Assembly (NCBI GenBank): GCA_964566055.1
Contig: CAZMHI010000011.1
Span: 25,851-89,850 of the forward strand
Source of the DNA: an uncultured Rhodospirillaceae bacterium
GTDB taxonomy: Bacteria > Pseudomonadota > Alphaproteobacteria > Rhodospirillales > UBA2165
Direction of reading: 5' to 3'
DNA: 64,000 nucleotides
Each line of letters opens with the position of its first letter. Positions within the stretch are counted from its first letter, which is position 1. Made by a program: the position numbers and the translations under genes. The notes below the pieces were generated by a model, which saw only the letters and a list, made by a program, of their open reading frames with translations, had not been told where the DNA came from and ran no database searches. Below are positions 1 through 14,694 of the stretch, piece by piece.

Positions 1-20
1 AGTGACTGTCACTTAATTAA

Positions 21-488
21 CTATTTGGGATGGCGGCAGTAGATAACGTTGACGTTTTTTGTGCTCATGACCACGACCTCATCCTGATTTAGAATTTCGG
101 TAAAGGTTTTGACAATTCCCCGGTCAGGTTTGGTTTGTGAGCGGCGGGTATCCGTCGTCGTAACGCGAAAGGTTAACGTATCTCCAGGGCGAACCGGCGC
201 CAACCAGCGCACTTCGTCTAATCCCGGTGAGGCAATACTTGAAACTTCAGATAAAAAATTCTGGGCAAAAAATCGCATCATCAAGCTGCCGGTGAGCCAG
301 CCACTGGCAATAAGGCCATTGAACGGCCCATTTTTCGCTTTTTCCCGATCGATATGAATGCTTTGCGGATCGTAAGACTGCGCGAAGCTGATCATTTCCT
401 CTTCATCAACTTCAACACTGCCTATAATTTTAACATCACCGGCCTCGTAATCTTCGAAATATCGCTCATCATCTTTATTTTCCGCCAT
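21..488 (-). CDS. MaoC-like hotdog-fold (R)-hydratase/dehydratase
   Basis: 155-aa ORF. Segment ...SYDPQSIHIDREKAKNGPFNGLIASGW... matches the MaoC dehydratase signature region. Confidence 0.7.
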   Translation of the reverse strand: MAENKDDERYFEDYEAGDVKIIGSVEVDEEEMISFAQSYDPQSIHIDREKAKNGPFNGLIASGWLTGSLMMRFFAQNFLSEVSSIASPGLDEVRWLAPVRPGDTLTFRVTTTDTRRSQTKPDRGIVKTFTEILNQDEVVVMSTKNVNVIYCRHPK

Positions 489-512
489 ACTCTATCCAAT
501 ACTTCGAAATTT

Positions 513-1385
513 TTAATTAAATACAATGGTGCGATGGCCGTTGAGTAATACCCGGTCTTCAAGCGCTGCCCGCAACCCCCGCGATAGCACCTGGCTTTCA
601 ACATCGCGGCCCACCGCAGCCAAGTCATCCGGTGTCTGGGTGTGATCTACCCGCTCGACCGCTTGGGCAATAATCGGCCCTTCATCCAAATCTTCCGTAA
701 CAAAATGAGCCGTCGCGCCAATGATTTTAACACCTCTCGCATGGGCTTGATGGTAGGGCTTGGCGCCCTTGAAGCCGGGCAGGAAAGAATGGTGAATATT
801 GATCACACGGGGGTACAATTTGGCAATAAACTCAGGTGTCAAAATCTGCATATAGCGCGCCAGCACAATCAAATCCGTGCCCGTGTCCTCGATGATCTTC
901 AGCAAGGCGGCTTCCTGATCCTGCTTGGTTTCTGGAGAGATCGGTAAATGATGATAAGGAATGTCATGCCAATCAGCGAGCGGCTTCAAATCCGGATGAT
1001 TGGAGACAATTGCCGTTATTTCCATCGGCATGGCGCCGATGCGATAACGGTAGAGGATGTCGTTGAGACAGTGCTCCGGCTTAGAGACCATAATCAAGAC
1101 ACGCTTTTGCTTGGCCTTATTACGCAACTGCCATTCCATCTCAAAACGATCAGCAATTGCCTGAAAGGCCGAGCGCACATCATCAGCGGACAGCCCCTGC
1201 CGATCAATGCGGAATACCATCCGGCCAAAAAAACGCGCTGTTTCACTATCGGCAAAATGCGCGGTCTTGGTGATAAAACAATCAAGCTCGGCCAAACAGC
1301 CGGTCGTCGCAGCGACGATCCCAGCTTTATCGGGACAGCTCATGGTCAAAACGTATTCAGGTGTCACGGCAACCTCAAAGCTCAA
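513..1385 (-). CDS. purU: Formyltetrahydrofolate deformylase
   Basis: 290 aa. N-terminal ACT-like regulatory domain followed by a formyltransferase core (VLARYMQIL, INIHHSFLPGFKGAKPY, HFVTEDLDEGPII), as in PurU. Confidence 0.9.
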   Translation of the reverse strand: MSFEVAVTPEYVLTMSCPDKAGIVAATTGCLAELDCFITKTAHFADSETARFFGRMVFRIDRQGLSADDVRSAFQAIADRFEMEWQLRNKAKQKRVLIMVSKPEHCLNDILYRYRIGAMPMEITAIVSNHPDLKPLADWHDIPYHHLPISPETKQDQEAALLKIIEDTGTDLIVLARYMQILTPEFIAKLYPRVINIHHSFLPGFKGAKPYHQAHARGVKIIGATAHFVTEDLDEGPIIAQAVERVDHTQTPDDLAAVGRDVESQVLSRGLRAALEDRVLLNGHRTIVFN

Positions 1386-1528
1386 AAACTAAAACTATGC
1401 GCCTTATTGAGGTTGAGCCGAGCCACTTTTCATACGGCTCGAGCGGGACCCCACGGCGGCGGGCATCATGGCAAAACTTTCGCTTAGGTCAATAGCCGTT
1501 TTGCCACAAGGTCTTTTAGGTCAGGCAG

Positions 1529-2251
1529 TTAAGCCGCCTCACGTTTTTCGACCGGTTTGATCGCAGGTACATTTTGCCCGGATGAGGCTTTGGGCGAGGC
1601 TTTCCAATATCCGAAGCCCATGAACATGGCACCGGCCACTGCATTGCCAAGCGTTACCCAGAGCAAGTTATGGCCCATACCGGCCAGCGACACGGATTCA
1701 GGATGCTCGCCAAGCAAAGCAATGACGAAGATCGTCATATTGGCGATCGAGTGTTCATACCCACTGGCAATAAAGGCGAGCAGACACCAGAAAATGACAA
1801 TACATTTCGCCACATCGTTCTCGGTTCTGGCCGCCATCCACAAGGCGAGACATACCAGCCAATTACAAAGGATCCCTAGAGCGAACAACTGCAGGGCAGG
1901 TTTGCCCATCTTGGCGGCAGCGATAGTGTTAAGCAGATCAGCGCCGGTTCCTAATAGAGGTCCGTGGCCGACAAAGTAAACCGCACTCAGCACCACCACA
2001 CCGGCAAGATTACCCAGCCAGGACATTGACCATGACCGGGCCAGATCTTTGCCACCGGTCTTACCGCGCAGCCAGCCGATGGTCATGAACATGGTGTGGC
2101 CAGTGAACAATTCCGAGCCGGCGAAGACCACCAGGGTCAAGGCGATACCGAACGTGCCACCCATGACGAGCTTGCGGATCGACGGATCGACGAAGGCGCC
2201 AAGGGTGAAAATCAGGATAATTCCGAGACCAACATAGGCACCCGCCATCAT
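1529..2251 (-). CDS. nirC: Formate/nitrite transporter family, nitrite channel NirC
   Basis: Near-colinear by eye with E. coli NirC (AGAYVGLGIILIFTLG, FIASGYEHSIANMT, GHNLLWVTLGN) and lies directly downstream of nirBD. Coordinates are the ATG-supported ORF; the conserved N-terminus continues upstream without a canonical start (see findings). Confidence 0.85.
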   Translation of the reverse strand: MMAGAYVGLGIILIFTLGAFVDPSIRKLVMGGTFGIALTLVVFAGSELFTGHTMFMTIGWLRGKTGGKDLARSWSMSWLGNLAGVVVLSAVYFVGHGPLLGTGADLLNTIAAAKMGKPALQLFALGILCNWLVCLALWMAARTENDVAKCIVIFWCLLAFIASGYEHSIANMTIFVIALLGEHPESVSLAGMGHNLLWVTLGNAVAGAMFMGFGYWKASPKASSGQNVPAIKPVEKREAA

Positions 2252-2395
2252 CGCTCCGATAAAGAATGAAGTCGGGTTGTGCTTTAAGATATCGGCTTTT
2301 TTTCTGGCGACATCAGCAAAATGATCAAGTGTATCAATATAAATTTGAGTAATCCCGTCATTGAAGCTGATCCTATATGTCTAGATCAGCAAAGC

Positions 2396-2755
2396 TTAGG
2401 CGGAAACTACTTTTAAAAACGGAGTGGCGTAATGACTTTGGTCAAGTTGCAGGGAAATCACCCCATCCTTGATGCGCGCCGGATATTTAGTGGCACAGCC
2501 TTTGTCCGGGGCCACAGCTGTGCCGTTGGCCAGTTCAATAGCCCAATTGTGCAGGGGACACGTAACTTTCCAGCCATGAACAATGCCTTGTGACAGCGGG
2601 CCGCCGCGGTGCGGGCATTTATCTTCGATGGCAAATATCCGGTCATCGGCGCTGCGAAATACTGCAATGTCGCAAACTTCTGTTTTAAGCACACGGGCAC
2701 CACGCCGGGGAATATCCTCAAGGCGGCCAATTTCTATCCATTCAGTCATAATCAC
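2396..2755 (-). CDS. nirD: Assimilatory NAD(P)H nitrite reductase small (Rieske-like) subunit
   Basis: 119 aa with CPHRGGPLSQG...CPLHNW. The GTG start overlaps the nirB stop (GTGA); an alternative ATG lies at 2749. Confidence 0.85.
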   Translation of the reverse strand: MIMTEWIEIGRLEDIPRRGARVLKTEVCDIAVFRSADDRIFAIEDKCPHRGGPLSQGIVHGWKVTCPLHNWAIELANGTAVAPDKGCATKYPARIKDGVISLQLDQSHYATPFLKVVSA

Positions 2756-5202
2756 ACTGCCATTTTTAAAGGCGTAAATTCATGAGCAGCCACTTGTTCT
2801 TCAGCCCGCTCTTTCCAGGGATCTTCTTGCGCAAAGCTCTGAGAATGCTGGAACCGTGCGGCGAGTTCCTTCCGCCCGGCCTCATCCTCAACGATCCGCT
2901 TTTTGACATAGGATAAGCCAACCCGCTCAATCCAATGGGCGGTGCGATTGAGATATTGAGCCTCTTCACGGTAGAGCTGGAGAAAGGCAAAACAATATTC
3001 GAGAACCTCTTCTTCGGTTTCGACTTTACACAACAGATCGGTAGCCCGGATTTTGACGCCGCCATTACCGCCAACGTGAAGTTCCCAGCCTGAATCCACA
3101 GCGACCACACCGAAATCCTTAATCGTTGCTTCCGCGCAGTTGCGGGGGCACCCGGAGACCGCCATTTTAAACTTGTGCGGGGTTCCTGATCCCCAGCAGG
3201 CTTTCTCAATCTTGATTCCCATCTCCATCGCGGCTTGCGTGCCGAAACGGCACCATTCGGAGCCGACACAAGTCTTTACCGTGCGCACACCTTTTGCGTA
3301 GGCGTGACCGGAAACCATGCCGGCTTTGTTCAAATCATGCCAAACTGCCGGCAAATCCTCTTTCTCAATACCCAGCAGATCTATCCGCTGCCCCCCTGTG
3401 ACATGAACGGTGGGAACGGCAAATTTTTCAGCCACGTCAGCAATGGCGCGAAGTTCCGTTGGATTGGTTAGCCCACCCCACATCCTGGGCACCACCGAAT
3501 AGGTGCCGTCTTTTTGAATATTGGCGTGCACCCGTTCATTGATGAAGCGGGATTGGCTGTCATCTTCATACTCACCTGGCCAAGCGCAAAGCAGGTAATA
3601 GTTAAGCGCTGGGCGGCAACTCGCACAGCCATCCTGGGAGAGCCACTCCAAAAAGCCCATTACTTCAGGAATGGTTTTAAGTTCGTTATCGGCAATCGCT
3701 TGCCGGACTTCGTCATGACTGAACTCGGTGCAAGTGCAGAGAGGCTTTTTGGCCGGAGTTTTGGAATAATCTCCTCCCAAGGTGAAAGCCAGAATTTGCT
3801 CAACCTGCCCGGTACAGGAACCGCAAGAGGAAGAGGCTTTGGTGTGGGCGCGCACATCATCCAGAGTAAATAGTTTCTGGTCGGTAATTGCGCTGGTGAT
3901 GTCGCCTTTGCAAACCCCGTTACAGCCACAAACTTCGGTGGCATCACTCATGGCGAGAATGGCATTTTCTGAACTGTTCCCGGAATCACCAGGCATTGAT
4001 TGCCCCATTAACAGCCGGTCACGGTCATCTGAAACATCAACCTGATCACGCATCAACTGAAAATGCCGGGCAGCGTCTACAGTATCACCGAGGGAAACAG
4101 CGCCTTGGATTTTATTGTCTTTGAGCACCAGTTTTTTATAGATATTCCGGCCGGCATCCTGGAACAGTAAGGTCTCTGTGCCCTCACAATCTTCAAAATC
4201 TCCCGCCGAAAACAAATCAATCCCGGTGACTTTGAGGCGTGTGGAAAGCACAGTGCCTTTGTAGGATTTGTGGCCGTAATCAGCCAGATGATTGGCGCAG
4301 ACCTTGGCCTGCTCGTAAAGCGGGGCGACCAGACCGTAAGTCTGACCCCGGTGCTGGACACATTCGCCAACAGCGAAAACAGCCGGATCATATGTCAGCA
4401 TGGAATCATTGACGACGATGCCTCGTTCGCAGTAAATGCCAACATCGCTGGCCAAAGATTTGCGCGGGCGAATTCCAACAGCCATAACGACAATATCCGC
4501 CGGCAACTCGGTGCCGTCTTTTAGTTTTACACCGGTGACCCGCTTGGTTTCGCTATTCTCACCGAGGATGGCTTCAGTTTCCGCCGACAAGAGAAAGTTC
4601 ATACCGGCTTTCTCCAGGGAGCGGCGCAGCATGCCTGCCGCCACATCGTCTAATTGACGTTCCATCAGCCGGTCCATTAAATGGACCACGGTCACTTTCA
4701 TGCCCTGCTTCATCAGGCCATGGGCAGCTTCCAGACCAAGCAAACCGCCACCGATAATAATCGCGTTTTTGTGTTCCTGAGCTGCCGCAAGCATCACTTC
4801 GACGTCCTGGATACCGCGAAAGCCGACCACACCATCGAGATCATGACCGGGGACCGGCAAAATAATAGGTTCGGACCCCGTTGCCAAAAGCAGGCGGTCA
4901 TAAGGCGTGGCTTCACCGTCTTCGGTTTTTACCAGTTTGTTTTTACGGTCTATGCCAATGATTTTTTCGCCTTTCCGCAGGGTGATATCATTGTCGGCAT
5001 ACCATTGCTCATCGTTGAGCATAATCTCGTCAAGGGTCTGCTCACCGGCGAGAACTGGTGACAGCATTATCCGGTTATAATTACCGTGAGGCTCGGCGCC
5101 AAAAACAGTGATGTCGTAAAGGTCGGGTGCGAGTTCGAGCAATTCCTCGACTGTGCGCATGCCTGCCATGCCATTTCCAACGACAACCAGTCTCTTTTTC
5201 AT
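2752..5202 (-). CDS. nirB: Assimilatory NAD(P)H nitrite reductase large subunit
   Basis: 816 aa. N-terminal FAD/NAD Rossmann fold (VVVGNGMAG), central BFD-like Cys pairs, and a C-terminal sirohaem/4Fe-4S nitrite-sulfite reductase half (CVGSEWCRFG, SGCPRNCAEA). Confidence 0.92.
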   Translation of the reverse strand: MKKRLVVVGNGMAGMRTVEELLELAPDLYDITVFGAEPHGNYNRIMLSPVLAGEQTLDEIMLNDEQWYADNDITLRKGEKIIGIDRKNKLVKTEDGEATPYDRLLLATGSEPIILPVPGHDLDGVVGFRGIQDVEVMLAAAQEHKNAIIIGGGLLGLEAAHGLMKQGMKVTVVHLMDRLMERQLDDVAAGMLRRSLEKAGMNFLLSAETEAILGENSETKRVTGVKLKDGTELPADIVVMAVGIRPRKSLASDVGIYCERGIVVNDSMLTYDPAVFAVGECVQHRGQTYGLVAPLYEQAKVCANHLADYGHKSYKGTVLSTRLKVTGIDLFSAGDFEDCEGTETLLFQDAGRNIYKKLVLKDNKIQGAVSLGDTVDAARHFQLMRDQVDVSDDRDRLLMGQSMPGDSGNSSENAILAMSDATEVCGCNGVCKGDITSAITDQKLFTLDDVRAHTKASSSCGSCTGQVEQILAFTLGGDYSKTPAKKPLCTCTEFSHDEVRQAIADNELKTIPEVMGFLEWLSQDGCASCRPALNYYLLCAWPGEYEDDSQSRFINERVHANIQKDGTYSVVPRMWGGLTNPTELRAIADVAEKFAVPTVHVTGGQRIDLLGIEKEDLPAVWHDLNKAGMVSGHAYAKGVRTVKTCVGSEWCRFGTQAAMEMGIKIEKACWGSGTPHKFKMAVSGCPRNCAEATIKDFGVVAVDSGWELHVGGNGGVKIRATDLLCKVETEEEVLEYCFAFLQLYREEAQYLNRTAHWIERVGLSYVKKRIVEDEAGRKELAARFQHSQSFAQEDPWKERAEEQVAAHEFTPLKMAV

Positions 5203-5448
5203 GGGTCAAATTCCTTTTATTACTCAGGGGCTAAACGGAATGATCGCCGGAATGCCGCCCCAGGGGCCTTCCCTAACAACCCACAACGCAATCGGCGTGC
5301 CAAACAGAGAATTCTGATGGATTTCTAAAATTATTCTATTAGTTACAGTACGTTATGAGATTTTATATGAAATGCAGCGCAGTGCCCTTGAACAAGGCCT
5401 TGACATAATATGCCTAATTTATAATCATTAAATATATGTGACTATTTT

Positions 5449-10048
<4,600 letters not shown>

Positions 10049-10975
10049 CTAATTCTTTATACCGAGCCAAAGAGCAACCGTCAGCTGCCCTCCCGGCAGA
10101 TGCACCGGCGACTTAAACTGCAGCCCATTTCTTTGAAACCAGTGGACTATTTCTCCATCAGAGAAGCCAAGCCGGCGGTGATGATATTTTTGTCTAAGCT
10201 CTTCTAAATTATGTGGCGCCAAATCAATAACGAGCAATTTGCCACCTGGCCTGAGGACCCGCGCCGCGTCGGCGATTACTTTAGCTGGCTCATCGGCAAA
10301 ATGCAGAACCATATGCAGACTCGCCGCATCGTAACTTTGATCCGGAAATGGCAATTGATACATATCACCCTGACGCAGCTGGCAATTTCTGATCTTTGCC
10401 CGGTCCAAATTATCGCGGGCGATGGCCAGCATCTCATGCGATTGGTCAATACCTGCAGCCGCTTTAAATTGCGGTGCAATCAGCTCCAGCATGCGCCCGG
10501 TTCCGGTACCAATATCGAGAAATTTTTCACCTGGGTTTTTGAGCAATATTGCTGCGACGGCTTGCTCAACCTCTTTGGCATCAACATGGAGCGCTCTGAT
10601 TTTATCCCAGTGTTGCGCATTCCGGCGAAAATAGTCTGTGGCGGCTTTGCTTCTCTCCGCCTTTACTTCTTCCAGGCGAGATTGATCTAATTTGATCATC
10701 GCATCATCTTCGGGAATGAGTGACAGCAACTGATCGGCCAGAGTTGCCGCCTTTTCATCCGGGGCAAAGCGATAGAACATCCAGCTCCCTTCACGCAATT
10801 TTTGCAGCAAGCCGGCATCACACAATAATTTTAAATGGCGGGAGACTCGAGGCTGGGACTGACCGAGAATTTGCACAAGTTCACTCACCGTAAACTCGCC
10901 TTGCGAACACAACGCCAATAACCTGAGCCGCGTCGGCTCAGCCACCGCTTTCAAAGTTGAAATCAATTCGTCCAT
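10049..10975 (-). CDS. ArsR/SmtB-family HTH fused to a class I SAM-dependent methyltransferase
   Basis: The ArsR wHTH (LKAVAEPTRLRLLALC...VSELV...QPRVSRHLKLL) begins at the ATG at 10975, followed by a methyltransferase motif I (FLDIGTGTG). The 76-codon upstream extension of the track ORF (to 11203) looks non-coding. Confidence 0.75.
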   Translation of the reverse strand: MDELISTLKAVAEPTRLRLLALCSQGEFTVSELVQILGQSQPRVSRHLKLLCDAGLLQKLREGSWMFYRFAPDEKAATLADQLLSLIPEDDAMIKLDQSRLEEVKAERSKAATDYFRRNAQHWDKIRALHVDAKEVEQAVAAILLKNPGEKFLDIGTGTGRMLELIAPQFKAAAGIDQSHEMLAIARDNLDRAKIRNCQLRQGDMYQLPFPDQSYDAASLHMVLHFADEPAKVIADAARVLRPGGKLLVIDLAPHNLEELRQKYHHRRLGFSDGEIVHWFQRNGLQFKSPVHLPGGQLTVALWLGIKN

Positions 10976-11003
10976 AATCGACCCATTCACAAAATACAGG
11001 ACA

Positions 11004-11031
11004 ATATAAGGATATAATGATTTCTTTATAT
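11004..11031 (-). promoter_or_regulatory. Imperfect inverted repeat (ATATAAGGA-N10-TCTTTATAT), candidate ArsR-type operator
   Basis: 8/9 complementary arms, 29-56 nt upstream of the ArsR-methyltransferase ATG in an AT-rich leader. Confidence 0.25.
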
Positions 11032-11446
11032 GAAAACAAGCTTTAAAACTGACGCCACAATTCCCATGTATAGAGGGTAACAATTCAACATGAGAGGCAA
11101 TTTCAAAGGCAGGGAAAGATCTAATCTTAAAATTGAATACTCTAGGTGATTGACTGAAAGTTAGCTGAGAGTGTTGCGGAAATACAACATACTCCCCAAA
11201 CACTCGATTAAATTGGCTTTTTAGAAGTGTTTTTTTAACTTGAACGCTGTAATTTCTGTTTAGAGTGTTTAAGATTAGCCGAAATAGGGTGGAAAGATGT
11301 AATCCGTTGTTAAGACTATTTCCTCTATATGTTGGGTATTAAATTATTTTTGCACTAGGTTTAGTGTATAAGCTTGGTGGAATGAAAATTTGGTTTTTAA
11401 GTTGCTCGGCTCTTGGAAGCAACAAATAACAGGATGAAAAAAAACG

Positions 11447-12301
11447 GTGCGCGGAAACATAAAATCATTCCTACGGATTTCAGTGCTTTTGTTAGCAGTT
11501 ATCACTTTGGCAAGCTGTGCCTCGGCGCCGAGGGATGATGCTGAAGCTTTAGCGGAATACAACAAGATTAACGACCCTATTGAGCCGACCAACCGCTTCA
11601 TTTTCAGCTTTAACCAGGGGTTGGATAAAGGCATCATCAAACCGGTCACTTCAGTTTATCGTGCACTCTTCCCGGATGTTGTTCGTAATGGTGTACATAA
11701 TTTTCTCAGCAATTTGAAAACGCCGGTCGTGTTAATCAACGATATTCTGCAAGGTGAATCCGAGCGCGCCGGCGATACGATCATAAGATTTGCTATTAAT
11801 TCAACAGTCGGCATCGCCGGCTTCCGGGATCAGGCGGCTGATTGGGGCTGGGAGCCCCATGATGAAGACTTTGGTCAAACCCTGGCAGTCTGGGGCGTTG
11901 GTGAGGGCCCTTATATCATGCTGCCGCTCTTTGGACCGTCCAATCCGCGTGATGCCATTGGCAAAGTGGTCGACTTTTTCTTAGATCCAATAAATTGGTG
12001 GGCCGAGAATTCTGATAATGATTGGGTTCCTTTAACCCGCACGATCATCAGCGGCATTGATACCCGCGACCAGCTTTGGGATGTTCTCGACGACCTCGAA
12101 AAATCTTCGATCGATTTCTATGCCGCCATTCGAAGCCTCTACCGTCAACGCCGCAATGAGGATATTTCCAACGGCGCCGGTTCAAAAAATAACGAGACAC
12201 CGAATTTCTCCGATAATTTTGAGTTGGATGATCCTAACGATCAACCCGCTGACAACAGTACTAAAAATAGTTCTGGGAAAAAATCCGGTACTGAAAAATG
12301 A
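11447..12301 (+). CDS. mlaA: MlaA/VacJ family outer-membrane lipoprotein
   Basis: GTG start. Lipobox LASC. Conserved VacJ core (NDPIEPTNRFIFSFNQGLDKGIIKP..., LPLFGPSNPRD). Confidence 0.8.
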   Translation: MRGNIKSFLRISVLLLAVITLASCASAPRDDAEALAEYNKINDPIEPTNRFIFSFNQGLDKGIIKPVTSVYRALFPDVVRNGVHNFLSNLKTPVVLINDILQGESERAGDTIIRFAINSTVGIAGFRDQAADWGWEPHDEDFGQTLAVWGVGEGPYIMLPLFGPSNPRDAIGKVVDFFLDPINWWAENSDNDWVPLTRTIISGIDTRDQLWDVLDDLEKSSIDFYAAIRSLYRQRRNEDISNGAGSKNNETPNFSDNFELDDPNDQPADNSTKNSSGKKSGTEK

Positions 12302-12930
12302 GCACCAGACGTCGCGGTTTTATTGCCGCTGCAATTGGGTTTTGGGTGTGCGTTACCCTGCAAACCCCACCTGTCCAAGCTGATGAATTTACCGAAGGTG
12401 CTCAAAAATTTATCAGTGGCCTCGCTGATCGGGCACAAACATCTCTGCTTGTTGAGAATTTACCGCTCAAAGAGCGGCAAAACCGCTTTCGCGCTTTGAT
12501 GCTCGAGACCTTCGATCTAAATGGCGTCGGCAAGTGGGTCTTAGGGCGATATTGGCGCCGCGCTTCCCGTCAAGAGCGCCAACAATATCTGCAATTGTTC
12601 GAAGAGTTTATAATCGCGACTTTCACCAAACGCTTTAAAGCCTACACCAATGCCAAATTACAGATTAGCGAAACAACCAGCCGTAAAAGTTCAGCCTTTG
12701 TAAAAACCCGGATCAACCGAACCAGCGCCAAGCCAATACGTATTATCTGGCGGGTTAAATTTACCGACGGCAAATATCGGATCATTGATATTGTCGTTGA
12801 AGGTGTGAGCTGGATTCAGACCCAACGCTCTGAATTTGTATCCGTTATTCGTAATAGCGGTGGCAAAGTTTCCGGCTTAATCGACGCGCTAAATAAAAAG
12901 ATCAACTTTTTAAAATCTTCTGCCAGCTAG
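12298..12930 (+). CDS. MlaC/Ttg2D-like periplasmic phospholipid-binding protein
   Basis: 210 aa with a signal peptide. ATGA overlap with mlaA. Family-typical motifs (LGRYWR..., [10 protein letters not shown]). Confidence 0.6.
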   Translation: MSTRRRGFIAAAIGFWVCVTLQTPPVQADEFTEGAQKFISGLADRAQTSLLVENLPLKERQNRFRALMLETFDLNGVGKWVLGRYWRRASRQERQQYLQLFEEFIIATFTKRFKAYTNAKLQISETTSRKSSAFVKTRINRTSAKPIRIIWRVKFTDGKYRIIDIVVEGVSWIQTQRSEFVSVIRNSGGKVSGLIDALNKKINFLKSSAS

Positions 12931-14609
12931 TCTCTCGTCAGCGGTCGATATTTAATTCGATGAGGCTGATCCGCCAGAGCGCCGAGCCGATTATGGCGAT
13001 CGGCTTCATAATCATCATAATTACCTTCAAACCAAACGACCTGGCTATCACCTTCAAAGGCAATGATATGGGTGGCGATACGATCCAGGAACCAGCGATC
13101 ATGGCTGGTGATAAGCACGCAGCCTGGAAAAGCCAACAAGGCTTCTTCAAGGGCACGCAAGGTATCGACATCAAGATCATTGGTCGGCTCATCGAGCATA
13201 ATGACATTGGCGCCGGACTTCATTACCTTGGCAAGATGGACCCGGTTGCGCTCACCGCCGGAAAGCTGCCCAACCTTTTTTTGCTGGTCAGGGCCCTTGA
13301 AATTAAACTGCGATACATAGGCCCGGCTTTGCATCGTCCGGTGACCAAGCTCAACTTCATCCAAGCCTTCGGAGATTTCCTCCCAAACGGTTTTACCCGC
13401 GTCCAGCTCTTCGCGGGATTGATCAACGTAGCCAAGCTTGACCGTATCGCCGAGACGAATAGAGCCGCTGTCTTTGTCCTCATCACCTGAGAGCATCTTA
13501 AACAACGTCGTTTTACCGGCACCGTTGGCGCCAATGATACCGACAATCGCGCCGGGTGGGATTTTGAAACTCAAATCTTCAAATAACAGACGTTCTTCAA
13601 AGCCTTTGGCGAGGTCCGCTGCTTCGATCACCAAATCACCAAGACGAGGCCCCTGCGGAATAATAATTTGCGCGGTATCCGGCGTCTTTTCGTCAGCTTC
13701 GGATTTGAGTTTTTCGTAAGCTGTAATACGAGCTTTGCTTTTGGCCTGACGCGCCCGCGGTGATTGCCTGATCCATTCCAATTCGTTTGAAAGCGTTCGT
13801 TGACGCGCCTGTTCGGTTTTTTCTTCCTGGGCAAGGCGTTTCTGTTTTTGCTCCAGCCAGGCGGAATAATTGCCCTCATAAGGAATGCCCCGGCCGCGGT
13901 CGAGCTCTAGAATCCAGCCGGCGACATTATCCAGGAAATAGCGGTCGTGAGTAATCGCCACCACGGTGCCCGGATATTCCTGCAGATGCAGCTCCAGCCA
14001 AGCAACGGATTCCGCATCCAAATGGTTGGTCGGTTCATCAAGCAACAGTAAATCCGGCTTTTGCAACAGTAACCGACAGAGTGCCACCCGGCGCTTTTCA
14101 CCACCTGACAACGTCGACACGTCCGCATCACCGGGCGGGCAGCGCAGTGCATCCATCGCCATCTCGACGGTGCGCTCAATCTCCCAGCCATTGACCGCAT
14201 CAATCTGCTCTTGCAAGGCCCCCTGCTCTTCCAACAGCGTGTTCATTTCGTCATCATCCATCGGCTCAGCGAATTTGGCGCTGACGTCGTTGAAGCGATC
14301 GATTAAATCCTTGATCTCACCGACACCTTCCATGGCATTGCCTTCGACGTCCTTGGAGGGATCAAGCTCCGGCTCCTGCGGCAAAAAACCGACCCGCGCA
14401 CCTTCGGCTGCCCAAGCCTCACCATTATATTCAGTTTCAATCCCCGCCATTATTTTAAGCAAAGTTGATTTACCAGCACCGTTAGCACCGAGCACACCGA
14501 TTTTCGCACCGGGCAGAAACGACAAGGAAATATCCTTCATCAACTCGCGCCCACCCTGGAACGTTTTACTGAGTTGTTTCATTACGTAAATATATTGGTA
14601 GGACGCCAT
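12927..14609 (-). CDS. ettA: ABC-F translational throttle ATPase EttA
   Basis: 560 aa. Two ABC cassettes (GANGAGKST twice, LSGGE twice). N-terminus closely resembles E. coli EttA. Confidence 0.9.
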   Translation of the reverse strand: MASYQYIYVMKQLSKTFQGGRELMKDISLSFLPGAKIGVLGANGAGKSTLLKIMAGIETEYNGEAWAAEGARVGFLPQEPELDPSKDVEGNAMEGVGEIKDLIDRFNDVSAKFAEPMDDDEMNTLLEEQGALQEQIDAVNGWEIERTVEMAMDALRCPPGDADVSTLSGGEKRRVALCRLLLQKPDLLLLDEPTNHLDAESVAWLELHLQEYPGTVVAITHDRYFLDNVAGWILELDRGRGIPYEGNYSAWLEQKQKRLAQEEKTEQARQRTLSNELEWIRQSPRARQAKSKARITAYEKLKSEADEKTPDTAQIIIPQGPRLGDLVIEAADLAKGFEERLLFEDLSFKIPPGAIVGIIGANGAGKTTLFKMLSGDEDKDSGSIRLGDTVKLGYVDQSREELDAGKTVWEEISEGLDEVELGHRTMQSRAYVSQFNFKGPDQQKKVGQLSGGERNRVHLAKVMKSGANVIMLDEPTNDLDVDTLRALEEALLAFPGCVLITSHDRWFLDRIATHIIAFEGDSQVVWFEGNYDDYEADRHNRLGALADQPHRIKYRPLTRD

Positions 14610-14694
14610 TAGGTGCTCCGGTTCGATTAATTTTCAATTTGTGTTGGCGGTTTATGTAGCCCAGCGGAGGCTCCGATGCAATCTGCATCCACTA

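Noticed and set aside
5203-5448. Regulatory palindromes (FNR, NsrR or NtcA-like) or a terminator between metH and nirB
   Set aside because: I found only weak 5-bp stems such as CCTTG-AA-CAAGG and no TTGAT-N4-ATCAA-type box. Nothing is supportable by eye.
10976-11203. 76-codon N-terminal extension of the ArsR-methyltransferase ORF in the track
   Set aside because: The extension is AT-rich and low-complexity, with no similarity to ArsR proteins. The wHTH begins right after the internal ATG at 10975.
11204-11446. SAM or cobalamin riboswitch in the long leader of the ArsR-metF-metH operon
   Set aside because: I could not recognise conserved riboswitch core elements. There is only a 6-bp hairpin at 11401-11423. 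A covariance-model scan is needed.
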